DNA of 63,983 nucleotides, the filler included, from Saprolegnia diclina VS20 (Eukaryota): NCBI RefSeq assembly GCF_000281045.1. It is 6 parts of 2 records of this genome, joined end to end, with 100 filler letters (N's around TTAATTAATTAA, not from the genome) between each part and the next. Parts side by side here need not be neighbours in the genome. Positions count along the whole stretch, not along the records: positions 14,333 to 35,397 come from NW_008246090.1; positions 35,498 to 59,860 come from NW_008246090.1; 4 more parts are not named here. One strand, written 5' to 3'. The notes beneath the pieces are model-generated. The model was given only the letters and a program-made list of their open reading frames with translations. It did not search any database and was not told where the DNA came from. Shown here piece after piece: positions 25,636 to 37,179 of this stretch; position 1 is the first letter of the stretch, and every line of letters starts with the position of its first letter. A program made the position numbers and the translations under genes.

Positions 25636-28600
25636 ATGCTGCGAAGGCACGTCTGCTTGCTGCTGCTGCTGCTGCGAGCGGCGGCGGTCGCGGCCGACGA
25701 CTATCTATGGACGCCCGTGCTCGCGACGACGTGCGTCAACTGCGACGTGCAGATCACCGTGCCGAGCTGGAAAAGCCTCCTCGAGAGCAAGGGCTTTAGC
25801 CTCGCCAACCTCAAGACGTGTGGCCTCGGCAACGTGACGATGACGATCGAGTACCCGTTTGGCAACTACGCGCGCACGTCGTCCGTGACGCCAACGCTCA
25901 ACTGGACCAACTCGGACCGCGTCACGTACAGCGTCAAGGACACGACCGCGCCAGTGCTTGCGACTGTGGGCACGAGCGTGGTCTCGATCCCGCTCTCGCC
26001 GGCAGCGATCGCGGCCTTTGCGTCCGACGGGCCGTCGACGCTGACGCTGACAAACCTCAACAGTCCGTATGTCAACGCGACGTACACGGGCTTTGGGTCG
26101 ATCTCGGTCCTCGCCGCCAACATCAGTCCCTCGTGCATTAGCAGCGGCAATGGCAACAACAACATCAAGCAGACGCTGCTCGAGCCAACGAAATTCAAAA
26201 TCGGCCGCAACTTTACCGGCCTCTCGCTTGCGCTCGTGGGCAACATCTCGGCGCCGTCGACCGTCATTGGCTCGTCGACCGATGTCACCATAACGCTGAC
26301 GAGCACGGGCGTCGTGCCGCCCAACACGGTCTTCCAGCTCCTCTCGGCGCTCGAGCTCTCGCACTTCAACGACGCGTTCACGTCGCTCGCCGGCGTCCGC
26401 ATCCGCACGCCAAGTGGCGTGCACAACTGCGTAACATACGCAGGCGCGTCGCGCTTCACGGGAGCGCTCAACGGCACGTTCTTCACGACGCCCGAGCTGG
26501 CGCTCGTGCCGCAGAACACCCCGTTCACGCTCACGTTTCTCAACGTCTCGAACCCGAATGCGACCCTCCATGCGCTCCGCGTGCTGCAGATGAACGCCTA
26601 CTACGTCAACCCGACCATCATGGTCAACGTGCTCGGCAGTACGATGGGCGATGCCAAGTACTTTACGGTGCTGCAGGCGACCTTTGACGGTGCCAACAAC
26701 GCGTACGACCTGGCGTCGACGCTCCTCTTTGGCATTTGCCTCGTCATCTCGCTCTATATCGTGTACAAGGTACGCGCTTCGATCCTCCTCGTGATTTTCA
26801 ACGGTATTTCCCATAGCACGGCCTTGCGTTTACAAGCTCGACCGTGTGGACAGACCTCGTGTCGATATCGGTCGTCCTCGCCTACGTCTGCTCGTTCTCG
26901 GCGTACTTTCTGTGGCTGTTCCGCCCGTCGTCGATCTTTGTCTACTTGACCGCGGGCCAGTACCTCTTTACGACTGTCATGATCGTCTCGCTCTGCTTCC
27001 ACTGGTATGTCGCAGCGTCTATATCTCGTCGTCTCACTGTCGATGGGGCTAGGGCGAGCGTGCTTCGCCTGCAGCTCTTCCGGAAGCTCACGTTCAAGTC
27101 GCCGGTCGTCTTCATGTACATAGCGATCAACATGGTGCTTCTCGGTGGCCTCCTCGGCTGCCTCGTCGTCTTTAGCGGCCAGCTCGAGTGCGTGTACACC
27201 AAAGATGTCACGGGCGCCTTGCGCTACAGTGCGCTGCTCGATGCGTCGTCGCCGCCGCCCGCCAACGGCTACCAAGTGCTCGACTCGCTCGCCATGTGCA
27301 GCATGAACGGCTACTACGTCCTCCTAGCCCTGGGGTTCATGGTCTTTACGCTCTTTTTGGTGCTGCTGGGCGGCGCCGTCATGTGCCGCGGCCGGTCGCT
27401 CATGCTCTCGGAAGCGCAGCCCGTCGACGACCGCATGAATATGCGCAAGTCGCTCACGATCTTCTACTGCATCATTGCGAGCACGGTCGTCATCTTCATC
27501 ATCTCGGACATCATCTACATTGCGTCGTACATTGTCGCCAAGCCGATCGAGCGCGATTTCAAGGACTTTGGCAAAACGCCGGGGCCGTCGACCAACGACC
27601 AGCGCGTCTCGACCTTTGTGTGGTACCTCTTTACGATCTGGCTGCCGCAAATTGGCCCGCCGCTCCTTCTGCTCTTTCTGCACTACGACCCCAAGCGCGA
27701 AGACGACATGCTCGACGAGATTGCAGTCCTCTCGGCGCCCAAGGACGCCTACCGGAGCACGAACCTCGGGTCGCTCGACACGCCAGAGTCGGAAGCCGTC
27801 GGCGACCTCAACGTCTTCAAGTCGCACCGCGATCACGGCCGGCGGTACGTCGAGCGCGCCGGCACGTTCCTCGAAGATGCGTCCAACAAGCTCCACGTGA
27901 TTGTCAAGCTCAAGGTACCCGAAGGCGCGCTCCCGAGCGTATGCTACATGTCGCTCTCCTATTGCACGCTCCGGACGGCCCACCGTGGCGAGCAGAACAA
28001 CCGCGAAGTGCTGCTGCATACGCTGACCAAGGACGCACAGTGGAAGCCCGTGGGCGAGACGGAGCGCCTCACGGAGGCGATTCCCGGGGATGCCGACCAG
28101 TTCCGGAGCTCGACGTTGGGCATGAGCAACGTCCCGTTCGTCGCTGTGCTCTCAATTCCGGTCGCTGGCCTTGCGCCCAACACGCTTGTCCGGTTCCTTC
28201 TCCACGCGTCGCTGCCGAGCGAAGACGACGATGACGACGACGACGATGACGAAGCAGTGACGCTCCCCCCGATCCTCGAGTTTGTCACGACGCCGCAGGC
28301 CGTCATGGACGCGGCGTCGCATGGGCAAGCGCTCGTGGTGAGCGTCGCAGACGCGCATGACGTCACATGCCACGAGCTGGTCGTACGCAAGCCGTCGTCC
28401 GCGTTTGCGTACGTCAACCCCAAGCTGTACCACGACACAAAGCTCAGCGTCACGACCGTCTCGATGGGCGAGGCCAGTGCAGGCGACGAGCCGTCGCACC
28501 AGAACATGGGTAACATCATCCGGTACTTCCAGTACGAAGCCGAGGTTGGGGACGGTGGCCTCGTCGTCGAGGAGCTCAAGGAGAGCCGGTTTGCCAACAA

Positions 28601-30321
28601 CATTCCTCGGCAGCTCCTCGATTTACTGGCGGCCGAGCGCGCGGACGACGTCGAGGTTGCCTCGAAAGACGTGGCGGCCTTCTTGAGCCAGAAGAAGCCG
28701 ACAAAGGACGGCGGGTTCTACAACCAGATTCTGCAGACGATCCAAGACGAGGGAGACGCAACGGTCGTCCGCATGTGGCTCGAAGACCGGCTCGAGCGCC
28801 GGAAAGAGTACCTCTCGCATTTGCGCAAGAACATTCAACTGCTCGTGCAGCGCGACAACCAAAAGCGGTACTTCAAGGCCAGCGTCGAAAAGAAGTCGCA
28901 GGACCTCAAGTTTGTCCCGATCAACTTGCACGTTGAAGACTACCTCGTCGGCCCCACGAACGCCTTTGTGAACGAAGAGAAGCGCAAGTCGTCCCGGGAC
29001 GTGTCGATCTACGAGTTTACGACCGTCGGTGCGATGGCGGCGCACTGCTACAAGTTCAAGTCGGGCGGTCTGACGTCCATGGTCAACAAGGTGCTCAAGC
29101 TCCAAGCGCAAGTCGCCGAGAGCGACGGCCCGCGCTGGTCGGACGAAGTGCGCGCGCTTGACGACCTCAAGTGGGACGTCAAGCTGCGCATGGACGTGTG
29201 CTTTTCGCAGGCGCTCTCGGCGCTCGTCGCGAGCTTTGTGCGCAAGATTGAGCTCGCGTTGCAGAGCCCCGACATGCAGAAAGGCGAGTCGATTCTCAAC
29301 CAGCTCAGCCGGATTGGGTTCCTCTTTCAGGTCGAGTCGCTCTTGTCGACGCACGGCAATGAGATTGGGATGCTCGAGGACATGGCCGCCGCCGTCGAGC
29401 GCCTCTCGACGGTCGCGTTTGTGCTCTTGGACGTTCGGGACAAGCCGTCCGGTCGGTTCTCGTTCCGGAAGCGGCTCACGATCAAGGACTTGCATTCGAG
29501 CAGCGACCACAGTATGAACGACGACGTCGTTGTCAAGGTCCAAGTGGCGGAGAAGCCCAAGAGTCTGAGCAGCTCCAACATCAAGTACATTGTGAGCGTC
29601 CACGTCAACTGCACCGACACGCCGCTGCCCGGCCGCCTCCTGGACGGCGGTGAGATCCCGGTCACGCCGCTCCTCTTCACGCAAGGCATCAACGAAATGC
29701 AATCGATCGCCAACAGCACCGAGCGCGCCAAGACTGAGCTCCAGGACGCGATCAACCTCCGCAACCTCAAGCCCCTCGAAGAGTTTTGCAGCCAGTACAT
29801 GCGCTCGCACCAGGTACGTTTTCGATTCCTAGCAAAAGTGTCGTATGAGGCTCACTATTGTCTAGTCGTGGTCGCTGCAACGGGCAGCCAAGCGCAAGGG
29901 CAGTGACGGCGACGGGCTCTCAGAGACTGAGATTACGCGGCAGCTGCAAACGCTGCGTCTCGCGATCGAAGAGTCGGCGAGCAGCCTTGTCAAGACCAAG
30001 CGTCCGGACATCCTCACCAAGTCGTCGGACCTCTGCCGCGGCCTCGGCGGCGGTCGCGTCACGATTTGCAAGAGCGCAAAAGATCGCACGGCCATGTCGG
30101 TGACGCTCGAGCAAGTCCGAATTCTGCACCGCTTCCACGGTCTCCCAGCGTACAAGGTGGCGTCGACGGTCGCCGTCATGCGCACGCACGGTGTACGCAT
30201 TGAGAATGCGCTCAAGAACACGGGCAAGCGCCAATTTGCCTTCAACAAGCTCCAGCGCTACGCGATGCCAGAGGACTACCGCTGCCCCGAGTCGGCGGGC
30301 GGCACGGGCAACATTAGCTAA
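25636..30321 (+). CDS. 7TM (GPCR-like)-inositol polyphosphate 4-phosphatase fusion with signal peptide and large ectodomain, multi-exon
   Basis: Signal peptide, about 340 aa of Thr/Asn-rich ectodomain and seven hydrophobic helices (about 26710-27685). C2-like region with WKPVGETERL. INPP4 motifs FKASVEKKS, FVPINLH, TTVGAMAAH, GFLFQVESLLSTHGNEIGMLEDM, TQGINE and catalytic CKSAKDRT (30067-30090). Confidence 0.9.
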
Positions 30322-30583
30322 TCATCGTCAATAGTACTCGCTATATATCAATAGGCGGCGCCGTCGATGCGACCTTGTGGCGCAGAGAATGTGTGGACGA
30401 GTTGTCCTGCGGGCTGCCCGAGGCTGACTCGAGTCGAGAGAACCAAGAAACACGCGCAGAAGGGGATGACGAGTCGCTTCGGATGCAAAGTTATTCGAAA
30501 CACCAAGTATCTATCTAGTACAAGGACAAGGCGTTGGTTGGTCGAGCCGAAGCGGGCTAGGTGTTCAGCGTAACGGGCTAGGG

Positions 30584-32405
30584 TTACGGGGCAAAAGCGA
30601 GTTGGTGCAGTTGGTGGGCCACGTCAATGCCATATAGCGACGTGCGGTCGGCGCTGACGCAGCGCAGCGACAGCGGCACACTGTACAACGCCGCGATCGT
30701 GCTCGATGACGTGGCATCGCCACAGACCTGAACGCCGTCCGAAGTGGCGATGACCAACACCGACGGGTCGAGGTCGGTCGTATAGACACCGAGTGGACGA
30801 CTGCCGTTGCCGGCGTACGATCCGCTCACCTTGCCATTCTTGAGCCACGTGCAGTTGCCGGCCGCGTCGAGCACGACACAGGTCTACGAGCCAAGGCGTT
30901 GGCACATAGCTCTAGTTTGTAGCGCACCCGAGGCGAGAGCCAGCACGAGGCGACGCCAGGAATAGGGTCGCGCAGGACGCGGAGCGGCGTGGTTGCACGG
31001 CGAAGGTCCCACACGCTGGCGACACCGTCCTAATGCGCCATGAGCTTCTTCATCCGAGTCGTCTTCGCGCTGTCGGTTTACAGCAGCAAATGTGAAAAAG
31101 GTGTGGGCTTCGGGGCAGCTCGTCGCGTGCCGAATGCCCAATTGGGTCGATCCATCTTCAAACACCACGGGCGGCGCCCCGGATCGCGTGTCCCAGAGCC
31201 GGACAGTCGCGTCCATCGATGCTGTGAGCAGCAGACTCGACGCCACAAACTCGGCGCTAAGATGCAATCGCATCTCCAACGTCGCGAGTAGGACGGTCGT
31301 ACCTTGTCACGGCGTCTAAGTGCCCATCCAGGCGACCGAGCGATGCCATGCGCTCGGTATCGTGGAGTAGCAAGAGACCGTCCATCGAGCCACTGACGAG
31401 CGTCGAGCTGCGCACCGCGAGCGTGCTCACGCTGTAGCCGTGGGCTCGGTACTCGACGACTGGATCGTCGTCGCTGCTGGCGATGTTGAGGTATCGCACA
31501 TGGCCTCGCGCATCGCCGACAACAAGGTGCGTGGGCGACAGGACAGCCAGCGACCGCTGTGCATATGGTCATCATGAGACCCGGTGGACGACGATGTCTA
31601 ACGAGCGTACGGCGGGGGCGGGCGTTGGCACGAGGCGTGAGCGCGAGTTGTGGCGTCCGTGGCGCCAGTTGCCGACCAGTCTAGTGCAATAATAGCAGCA
31701 ATATTGTCTTGGTTCAATGTACCGATGCAGCGCAATGTAGCGCTTGCGCCAGTCGTAGTCGGGACAGAGCGCGTGCAGATGGCGGTCGTTTTCAAAATCC
31801 AAGTGCTTCCAGCGGCGCTTGACGATTTGCTGCCAGCGCTGCTGCCCGAGCTTTGAGTGGTACACGAGGCGGAACCAGTCGCTGCAGACGCCGGCGACGT
31901 TGGCAAAGTCGCGGCTGTCGAGACAGCTCCAGATCTGCAAGAGGACGTATGCGTCGCCCGGCATGCGCGACTCGGAGCTGCGCCGACGGTCGTCGTCCTC
32001 CATGTCACCGAGAAGGTACCAGAGGCCTGCCCAGTTGGCTTCTGGTGTCTCCGACTCGGAGTGGCGCGGCGTCGACGCCACCGACAATGGCTTGGGCGGC
32101 GGCGCGGCGAGGTATCGGGACACGTGGTCGACCTTGGCCGCGATGGCCTGCCACGCATCTTGCTTGCGCCGCATCTGCACATAATCGTCAGTCTCGTCGT
32201 TGACGGCGAAGCGCCGCTGCCAGTCGCCAATGGCGGCGTGGATCTCGGCGACGGCTTCGGCCTCGGACCAGGCGTCAACGCCCAGCGGCGGCAGTGGCGG
32301 CGGGGCGTACGGCGTCGACGCGTAGTAGGGCGAGTACGTCGTCGGCTCCTCGTCCATCCACGCGCCGTCGGCGTCGTCGTCGTCGTTGGCCCAGTTGCGG
32401 TGCAT
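30584..32405 (-). CDS. F-box / WD40-repeat protein, multi-exon
   Basis: F-box-like MPGDAYVLLQIWSCLDSRDFANVAGVCSDWFRL followed by DWRKRY. WD motifs LVSGSMDG, GHLDAVT and LLTASMDATVRLWDTR. Confidence 0.85.
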
Positions 32406-32435
32406 GGGCAAGCTGAAGAATCCAAAGTCATATCG

Positions 32436-32447
32436 GATTGGCCAATC
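32436..32447. promoter_or_regulatory. Palindromic double CCAAT box (GATTGGCCAATC)
   Basis: Perfect 12-bp palindrome about 30 bp upstream of the inferred F-box ATG, in a divergent intergenic region. Confidence 0.45.
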
Positions 32448-32907
32448 AGAGGGCGGACCGTGCCACTTGCGGTTGAAGTTTCGAGTTCCCGCCACGCTCT
32501 TGGGCTAAACTGGCATCACATTGCATATCTATAAACGTGTTACTATCTTCGTTGTTACTAGTACAAAGACTCACCTAGAGACGAGCAACCTCCTTGCTCC
32601 TCATTCGCTCAGCGGGCCGTGACTGCGCAGGCGGCGACTTGCGCTTTTGAAGTCGCCCTACGATGCTTGTGGTACGAGTGAGACCCATGGCGACACGCTT
32701 CGTAAAGGCCTTCCGCACCAGCGATAGCAGTACCAGGTAGTGCTACCCTGAGTGCTACCCATACTGCGGACTGTGGACCTGGAATGCGTCGTACGTGGTG
32801 AGCTGTGGGCGGGTATCGCAGGACGCAATACCTCTCAAAAGGCATGGATTATATCTGTTTTGAGAGGCTCGATGAAAACCCTTAAAACTCGATCTACTAC
32901 GGACGAC

Positions 32908-32945
32908 GACACCAGTCGCTCCAACTGACACCAGTCGCTCCAACT
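32908..32945. repeat. 19-bp direct tandem duplication (GACACCAGTCGCTCCAACT x2)
   Basis: Two exact adjacent copies in the intergenic region. Confidence 0.9.
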
Positions 32946-33131
32946 GCACCAAGCAAAAGGCTGGGCCTTCCACCACGCAATCGAGGATGGCAGGAGCTCC
33001 GAATGGGAAATTGAACGTAGAAGTTGGCTTTTTTGCATGTTGTATTAGCTCTGTCGGCCTCCGTGCGCCACCAATTTGGCGCCTCTCCCGGATCATCTCT
33101 GAAACTGTCTACTTGACACTTCAACTTGGAA

Positions 33132-34781
33132 ATGGCGAAGCGAACCAAGATGACGCTGGTGCTCATGCCCGAGGTTGTCGAGCGCGTCGCCACGTGCATC
33201 GTGACGTCCAAGGACATGGCTGCCTTCCTGCAGGCGCTACCAGAAGATTGGCTCTCGGAGCCATTGGCCGCGCTCCGGCAGCTCTACCGCGCGGTGCAGA
33301 CGCGACGTCTTAAGGTCCTGGCAGGCGACAAGGTCTACCCCCGTCACGTGCGTCTCTGGCCGCACCTGGAGCTGCCGTACGAGATCCATGACGAAGAGCT
33401 TTGTGGCTGGATCGTCAAGGCCATGGTGCTGTACCCAACTGTCGCTTTCGACAGCAACGACCTGCCGCCATCGTACCCGCTGCAACCTCAGACGCAGCTC
33501 AAGGTCCACGCCATCGAGACCTCGGAGCTGCTGCAAGAGGCGATATCGCGGTGGCCCGAGCGCATCCAGCTCCTCGAACTCCTGTTCGTCGACGCCAGTG
33601 AATGGCCGCGTGCGAAGCAGGTCGCCGCATCGCTCACGACGCTGCCGGCGCTGCGCGAGGTGATCTTTCAGTACGAAGCGTACGATATCAAGTACAACTT
33701 TTCGCCGATGTTTCAAGCGCTCGCATCCACGCGTGTTCGCGACGTCAAGGTCTTGAACGTCCACACGGTGTGGCCCAAGGCAGCGGATACCGCGTTGGCC
33801 AAGTGGCTGCGCACCGGGTCGATCGCGGCGCTGACGCTCGACGGTGATTTCGTGCTGCCAAACGAGTTCGATTCAAGTGCGATTTGCAAGGGTATCGCAG
33901 CGTCCAAGACGCTCGTCGACGTCGAAATCAAAAGTACTCCGCTTTTGCAGCTCTTCTTCCGTGAGATTCCGGTGCTGCCACCACACTTGCGGTCGCTCTC
34001 GCTGCAAGGTCTCTCGCTCGACGACTTGGCCTTGATCACGGCGGCGATTGCGCCGTCGCAGCTCCAAAAGATCCAGCTTGGCTTCGACCCCGGTTATGAC
34101 GACGAGTTTCCCAACGAGACACTGGCCTTGGTCGACGCGCTAAGTCATCTGCGCTCGCTTCGGCAATGCCACCTCTTTGGCATCCAGCTCTCGGGCACCG
34201 ACGTGACACGCCTTGCGTCACTTCTTCCGCAGCTGACAACTTTACACTTGGAGGCAGCCGGGCTCGACGACGACAAAGTTGCCATCTTGGCCGCCGCGCT
34301 TCCGCAGTGCTCTTCGCTCGAGCTCCTCCATCTGTCGCATCAGGACTTTGGAGACGCGGGGGTGGCGTCGCTCGCGGCAGTCGTGCCGCAGTGTCCGTCG
34401 CTGAAGACGCTCAATCTGAACGAGAATCTCGTGACCGACAAAGGTGTCCAAGCGCTCTGCCCCATCGTACACCATTTAGACGCCATCAATCTGTCGTACA
34501 ACACCATTGATGTCGACGGCGCGCTTGCGATCAGCCACATTATACCGGAGACGTGTCACATGACACGCATATGCCTCCATGGCAACCGGCTGCGAAAGGA
34601 AGGCGTCCTCGCGATCATATCGGCTCTTGGTGACTGTGTCTACCGCCAAGGGTTCGTCAACGTCTACGACACCGTGTTTGACGACGACGACGCGATCGAA
34701 GAGGCCATCGAGGAGCTCCCAGACGCAGCGTGGATCATCTTTGACGACGATTCCCGGACCGAGTCGAGACGTACCTACTGA
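33132..34781 (+). CDS. RNI-like leucine-rich repeat protein, single exon
   Basis: Repeats of about 28 aa (LELLHLSHQDFGDAGVASLA, LKTLNLNENLVTDKGVQAL, LDAINLSYNTIDVDGALAI). The N-terminal LMPEVVERVATCI segment is F-box-like. Confidence 0.9.
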   Translation: MAKRTKMTLVLMPEVVERVATCIVTSKDMAAFLQALPEDWLSEPLAALRQLYRAVQTRRLKVLAGDKVYPRHVRLWPHLELPYEIHDEELCGWIVKAMVLYPTVAFDSNDLPPSYPLQPQTQLKVHAIETSELLQEAISRWPERIQLLELLFVDASEWPRAKQVAASLTTLPALREVIFQYEAYDIKYNFSPMFQALASTRVRDVKVLNVHTVWPKAADTALAKWLRTGSIAALTLDGDFVLPNEFDSSAICKGIAASKTLVDVEIKSTPLLQLFFREIPVLPPHLRSLSLQGLSLDDLALITAAIAPSQLQKIQLGFDPGYDDEFPNETLALVDALSHLRSLRQCHLFGIQLSGTDVTRLASLLPQLTTLHLEAAGLDDDKVAILAAALPQCSSLELLHLSHQDFGDAGVASLAAVVPQCPSLKTLNLNENLVTDKGVQALCPIVHHLDAINLSYNTIDVDGALAISHIIPETCHMTRICLHGNRLRKEGVLAIISALGDCVYRQGFVNVYDTVFDDDDAIEEAIEELPDAAWIIFDDDSRTESRRTY

Positions 34782-34916
34782 CGACCGCAAGTTTTTTCAC
34801 TAAAAATGACATCCGACTATAAGGAGAAGCTCTCAATGTGCTTGGTTGAACCGGGGTACTGAAAGAAATAGTACATTAAATAGGCTCCGAAGACAACGTT
34901 TCCAACAGCAGTATGA

Positions 34917-35397
34917 CTAGAGACGGGTTGGTGATATGACGTTGAGCTCGATAAAACTCTGAATGTGCTTGGTCGACATGCCGGCCCGGCGTAGATCGTG
35001 CACGGAGGTGAGCGGCCCGAGGCGCCGGGCCCGCAAAATCTCTGCCGCACGCTTCTCACCAATGCCCTGCAGCTCCAAAAGCGCTGGTTTGGAGCCCGAG
35101 TTGAGCGTCTCGAGCACATCGTTGGTCATAATTGTCTATCGTAGCACACGTCAACAAGCCGCAAAGACAAGCGCAACGTACTTGCAGCGTCGTCTCGATC
35201 GGTGCTTTGAGATCCACCACCAAGGGACGCGCACTCATCAGCTCGGTTGTGAGGCGGTGAATACGCGCTTTGAGCTTGGTGCTGGTTGCTGGAAGAAGGC
35301 GATTCGTGCAGTTGTACACGGCGAGGGCCGCGGCCAGCCGATCGCGCTTCTCAAACGCCATGGCCAAGTGCAAAAGCTTGCGAATGGTATCAACAGC
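34917..35397 (-). CDS. 3' end of a gene with a C-terminal helix-hairpin-helix domain, kinesin-10/KIF22 (Kid)-like; truncated by gap
   Basis: DVLETLNSGSKPALLELQGIGEKRAAEILRARRLGPLTSVHDLRRAGM matches the KIF22-type HhH tail. No motor domain is visible in the window. Confidence 0.65.
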
Positions 35398-35497
35398 NNN
35401 NNNNNNNNNNNNNNNNNNNNNNNNNNNNNNNNNNNNNNNNNTTAATTAATTAANNNNNNNNNNNNNNNNNNNNNNNNNNNNNNNNNNNNNNNNNNNN

Positions 35498-36085
35498 TGT
35501 GGCGGCCTCTTTTCTGCACGTCCTTGATGTCGTGGGTCTTCTTGGGCTCGAATCGTCCAAGCTCTGGACGCGCCTCGGTGTCTGCACCGTCCCGGTCCTC
35601 GCGACGCTCCTCGGCACATGGGGCCCTCTTCGGGAGGTAGACGTGGTGGCTGACATGCTGCTCACGGTCGCTAACTACTGCATCGTGGAGATCCCTGTCC
35701 TCGGTTGTAAGTTTGAAGAGACGGCAGCCGCGTGGCCAAACGCCCGCGACCTCTTGCCTCGCTACGCGACGGCGACGTACGGCGACATCGACGACGTGAA
35801 GCAGCACCTGCTGAACGACGTTGCGGTGTTGGTGGTTGCAAGCGGCGCGGCGCACACGTTTGCCTCCTTCGTGCAGAGCTTCTTGGTGACGAGTCCCGCA
35901 ACCTTCCACCACCTCTCGAGCGTCACCCAGCTGGCTCGGGCACTGTCCACTCATGGCGCTCTTGGTGTCGGTCGTGCGATCGCAGGCACCGCGCTCACGA
36001 CGGTCCACGCCGAGATGGCCAACTGGACGTGCTTTCTCGAGTGCTCGTGTGCCCCCTGCACCGGCTTGCGCGTCTTCTTGAACGA
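35498..36085 (+). pseudogene. Fragment of an uncharacterised helical protein ending in a W...CxCxxCxxLxxFL motif; bounded by gaps
   Basis: Open frame between two gaps ending NWTCFLECSCAPCTGLRVFLN, similar to a fragment near 58120-58310. Confidence 0.4.
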
Positions 36086-36997
36086 NNNNNNNNNNNNNNN
36101 NNNNNNNNNNNNNNNNNNNNNNNNNNNNNNNNNNNNNNNNNNNNNNNNNNNNNNNNNNNNNNNNNNNNNNNNNNNNNNNNNNNNNCATGCAGCTTGGCGA
36201 TCGACGGCAACAAGAAGTAGCATCGTAGCGGGCGCGACGCGGAGTAGCAGGCTACCACCAACGCCGGAATGGGACCGAATGGGCCAACAAGATCGATAAG
36301 TACGGCCCTAAAGTAGTGGGAGAAGGACGTGGGTTTCTACATACATAGTCGTTGGAGCAGCAGCTCGAATCGGGCTCTTCGGGCGCTTCGGGCCCGATGA
36401 CTTGGACAGTTGCACTGCTAAGCACAGTGAGCAATGTCCCAGCAATTTCGAAAAGGGCGAGCCTGCCAAGCGACTCGACGTGCAGCGACAAGAACGCGCG
36501 GTGCGCCTCGCAGAGAGCGAGGACGGCCGAGAGGACGTCGCGCAATAGCGCTGCGACAACTCAGACAGCATACACGGACGTTGGGTGGGATACCAAACTG
36601 GTAACTGGTAGGCGGCATTCGTGGGCCCAAGCGCTGCGCGACCGGCAGCATACCCTGCATAGCGCTTGGGATGTAGGCACCCATGGCCTTGGCTGTGGCG
36701 ACGCGCTAGTCCAAACCGGCGTCTCGAAGGTAGATGGACAGTGAGCGATGCGTGCTCTCGCCTCTGCTTGGATACAAGCGGAAACCCGCCACCAGCGTAT
36801 GGACTGTTACTTTAAACAGTTATACTGTGGACAGTACCGTCCTCCGGTCCACACGCAGACAAGTTGTACACAGATCGAACCCTCGTGTAATTCGCGGCAG
36901 CTAGTACAATGTTGTAGTCGTGCACTCGAGGGTGTTGTCCGCGGCCTTGACGCCAAACGCGATCAATCAAACCGTGTCATCGTTATAGCCAATCAGC

Positions 36998-37056
36998 GAC
37001 GAGGCGTTTTACGGTAAAACTCCTCGTCCAGGCGGGGTAAAACGTTTACCCCGCCT
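36998..37056. promoter_or_regulatory. Two adjacent inverted repeats next to a CCAAT box
   Basis: GACGAGG-c-GTTTTAC-g-GTAAAAC-t-CCTCGTC (36998-37028) and AGGCGGGGTAAA-acg-TTTACCCCGCCT (37030-37056). Confidence 0.6.
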
Positions 37057-37179
37057 CCAAACGCGTCGTACAATTCCTTGGTTTTATGTTGCATACTAAT
37101 AGGTAGTACAATGCCTCATTTAAATTAAAAGCGCTTTGATTGGACGAGTTTAACCCAAGGCGATTTCTGGTTCCACACG

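Noticed and set aside
34830..34849. 18/20 match to 34957-34976 (STKHIES vs STKHIQS) downstream of the HhH gene
   Set aside because: Too short to distinguish a small duplication or alternative exon from chance.
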